Assembly: GCA_019057865.1 (NCBI GenBank)
Contig: JAHLWP010000008.1
Span: 1-64,000, forward strand
Source: Promethearchaeota archaeon
GTDB taxonomy: Archaea; Asgardarchaeota; Lokiarchaeia; Sigyniarchaeales; SOKP01
Direction: 5' to 3'
DNA length: 64,000 nt
This document shows positions 61,934 to 64,000 of the stretch, piece by piece; position 1 is the stretch's first letter, and every line of letters starts with the position of its first letter. The notes under the pieces are model-generated. The model was not told the DNA's origin and ran no database searches. It saw only the letters and a program-made list of their open reading frames with translations. The translations under genes and the position numbers were made by a program.

Positions 61934-62419
61934 TTAAAATTTTAACGTAGCTTGACAAGCTGGACAATTTGGATAATCTTCATCCAATTCTTCTCCACAA
62001 AATGGGCAATAATTCTTTTTTTCTTTTTCTTCTTCCTCTTCCTTCTTAGGTTTCTTTCCAGCGGGTTTCTTTTTTTCCGGTTTTTTTTTTTGTGGTTCTT
62101 TTTTAACGGGTTCTTCTTCTGGGCCTTTTTCTTCTTCAACTTTTTCAAGTACTCTCTCTTTAGGTGTCATAGCTTCGCGTTTCTTTTTTGGTTTTTCAAA
62201 AGGTTCATCTGAATATTTTAATTTAGTAAAACAATCTGGGCAATAAGCTTTAGTTTTATTAGCAAGATAGATTAGATATACAATTACTGCAATACCGAGT
62301 GTTGCAATTATGACTATTTTCCATCTTGTTTTTTGACTTCTATTCAGTGGTTTTCTACTTGCTTGCTCGACTTCTTTCTTACATACCTCACAATATGCAT
62401 ATTTGATTTTTTTTGGCAT
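61934..62419 (-). CDS. LITAF-like zinc-ribbon membrane protein with second C-terminal zinc ribbon
   Basis: CEVC-hydrophobic stretch-YCPDC, a K/E/P-rich linker, then CPFC..CPAC. Confidence 0.65.
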   Translation of the reverse strand: MPKKIKYAYCEVCKKEVEQASRKPLNRSQKTRWKIVIIATLGIAVIVYLIYLANKTKAYCPDCFTKLKYSDEPFEKPKKKREAMTPKERVLEKVEEEKGPEEEPVKKEPQKKKPEKKKPAGKKPKKEEEEEKEKKNYCPFCGEELDEDYPNCPACQATLKF

Positions 62420-62541
62420 TTTTCCCCATCATTTAACGTTTAAAATGTGCTTTTTTATTAATAGATTATATAATTAAAAAAAGTTTTTAATACCTAATAA
62501 TCAAGTTCTTTTATTTTTATATAAATTTATATGAATTTATC

Positions 62542-63855
62542 TTGCAAGAAAACTCATTTTACATTGAAACGTATGGATGCACATCTAATAAAGCAGACTC
62601 TTATATAATTTCTAATGCCCTAAAAAAATCAAATTATACACAAACAAGCTTAGAAGATGCCCAATTTGTAATAATAAATACATGTGCCGTTAAGGAGCAA
62701 ACGGAGAATAAAATTAAAGCACGTTTAAAAAATTTATATGAATTATTTCATAACAATCCTAATAAGCATACTATTATTGCTGGATGTTTACCTCATATTG
62801 CCCCCAATTATATCGAAGTTATTAAGAAAATTGTCCCAAATTTTTCTGCAATTATAGATTTGGATAATATACACGTAATTCCAGAGATATTTCAAGATAT
62901 TAAGGAAGGAAAGGAAAATCTAATTTTTAAATCAGAAAAACCAATAGATAAAGCAGAATTTTATATCGATCATGAACCAGGAAAAATTACAGGAATTATT
63001 CCAATTTCAGAGGGGTGTTTAGGCTCATGTACTTATTGTTGTGTTAAAAACGCACGAGGTAAGTTAAATTGCTACAATCCAAAAAGAATTGTTGAAAATA
63101 TCGAGTATCAATTAAATCAGGGAATTAAACAAGTATATTTGACTTCACAAGATTGTAGTACATATAGATATAATGGCACTAATTTGCTTGATTTAGTTAA
63201 GCAAATCGTCAATTTAGACTTCAGGTTTTTTCTGAGAATTGGAATGATAAATCCCAGTTTTTTAATTGATAACATTTATCAGTTGATTTCGATTTTTAAA
63301 TTAAACAAAGTGTATCAATTTCTACACATTCCAATTCAATCTGGTAGTAATAGAATTTTAAAAATAATGCAAAGAAAATATCTCATTCCTGATATTGTCA
63401 ATAAAATTGGAATTTTAAGAGACAGTTTTCCTAATTTAACTATATCAACTGATATTATCTGTGGATTTCCAGGTGAAACTGAAGATGACTTCTATAGAAC
63501 TATTGATTTTATAAAATGGTTAAAGCCAGAAATATTGAATATCTCAAAATTTACTCCCCGTCCTGGAACAAAAGCGAAGGATATGATGCAATTAGATAGT
63601 AGAATAATAAAAGAAAGATCAATCCAATTATCAAGAGTGTTTCGTAAGAGTTTAACTAATATCAATGAAAAATGGAAAGATTGGGAGGGAGAGGTCTTAG
63701 TTTTACATGAGGGTACAAAACGAAATCAAGCTTTTGGGAGGAATATAGCATATAAAAATATCTTTATAGACAAATTTAAAGGAGAGTTTGGGAATTTTGT
63801 TAATGTAGAAATTCATAGAGTTGATGGTTTTAATTTATTTGGAAAAATTTTCTAA
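62542..63855 (+). CDS. tRNA methylthiotransferase (MiaB-like, archaeal/eukaryotic e-MtaB/CDKAL1 type)
   Basis: ETYGC..N, NTCAV, GCLGSCTYC, RIGMINP, HIPIQSGS, TDIICGFPGET, TRAM domain. Confidence 0.88.
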   Translation: MQENSFYIETYGCTSNKADSYIISNALKKSNYTQTSLEDAQFVIINTCAVKEQTENKIKARLKNLYELFHNNPNKHTIIAGCLPHIAPNYIEVIKKIVPNFSAIIDLDNIHVIPEIFQDIKEGKENLIFKSEKPIDKAEFYIDHEPGKITGIIPISEGCLGSCTYCCVKNARGKLNCYNPKRIVENIEYQLNQGIKQVYLTSQDCSTYRYNGTNLLDLVKQIVNLDFRFFLRIGMINPSFLIDNIYQLISIFKLNKVYQFLHIPIQSGSNRILKIMQRKYLIPDIVNKIGILRDSFPNLTISTDIICGFPGETEDDFYRTIDFIKWLKPEILNISKFTPRPGTKAKDMMQLDSRIIKERSIQLSRVFRKSLTNINEKWKDWEGEVLVLHEGTKRNQAFGRNIAYKNIFIDKFKGEFGNFVNVEIHRVDGFNLFGKIF

Positions 63856-63870
63856 CTAATAATTAACTTT

Positions 63871-63951
63871 TTAAGCCATTCCAAAATATTCTAATGCTTT
63901 TTTTGCTATTTGATCACCCCATTCTTGGACAAAATGTCCTGCTTCCTTAAT
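63871..63951 (-). pseudogene. 3' remnant of a haloalkane dehalogenase-like alpha/beta hydrolase
   Basis: IKEAGHFVQEWGDQIAKKALEYFGMA* (catalytic-His motif AGHFVQE), with an in-frame TGA at 63955-63957 upstream. Confidence 0.55.
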
Positions 63952-64000
63952 TCTTCATACACTTTAAGGCTATCAATATAATGACGTTTATAGGGAAAAT

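Noticed and set aside
2098-62212. Many short ORF-track entries antisense to or nested in longer genes (e.g. 2098..2451, 3186..3449, 5730..6029, 7609..7869, 22699..23037, 41884..42186, 47216..47491, 53334..53594, 61952..62212)
   Set aside because: They are shadow frames of well-supported genes, with no motifs of their own.
1-64000. Genome-wide reassignment of TGA or TAG
   Set aside because: Both codons terminate several full-length conserved genes in this window.

Overview
AT-rich archaeal chromosomal segment, most likely Lokiarchaeia (Asgard). This is an inference from the IPG(Y)-TM-basic C-terminal sorting tails, a Loki-type 'HCSNLQAW...LHSNL' N-terminal domain, an Sds22-like LRR protein and a Pelota/aRF1-like C-terminus. 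It holds about 55 genes, mostly metabolic: a citrate/TCA cluster (icd, ATP-citrate lyase aclA/aclB, fumC, aconitase), three 2-hydroxyacyl-CoA dehydratase-type subunits, a GlcD/GlcF-like pair, a CdhC-like domain with CooC, a class II ribonucleotide reductase carrying a Gln-terminated LAGLIDADG intein, and a tRNA methylthiotransferase. I saw no rRNA, tRNA, CRISPR array or transposase. Highlights, several missed by the ORF track: (1) two peroxiredoxin-like genes with an in-frame TGA at the catalytic Cys position (UxxC and UxxS), i.e. probable selenoproteins. The first is followed immediately by a eukaryote-type SECIS-like hairpin (AUGA...AAA...GA) and is flanked by three paralogous zinc-ribbon microprotein genes. 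(2) Six genes built from three '2TM + left-handed beta-helix' modules in fixed A-B-C order, fused or split, resembling a stand-alone version of the membrane condensation region of poly-amino-acid synthetases (Pls/PosA). (3) A split CWH43/PGAP2IP-like pair. (4) A recurring set of 3'-terminal gene stubs (glycoside hydrolase, sucD, gdhA, haloalkane dehalogenase, surface protein).
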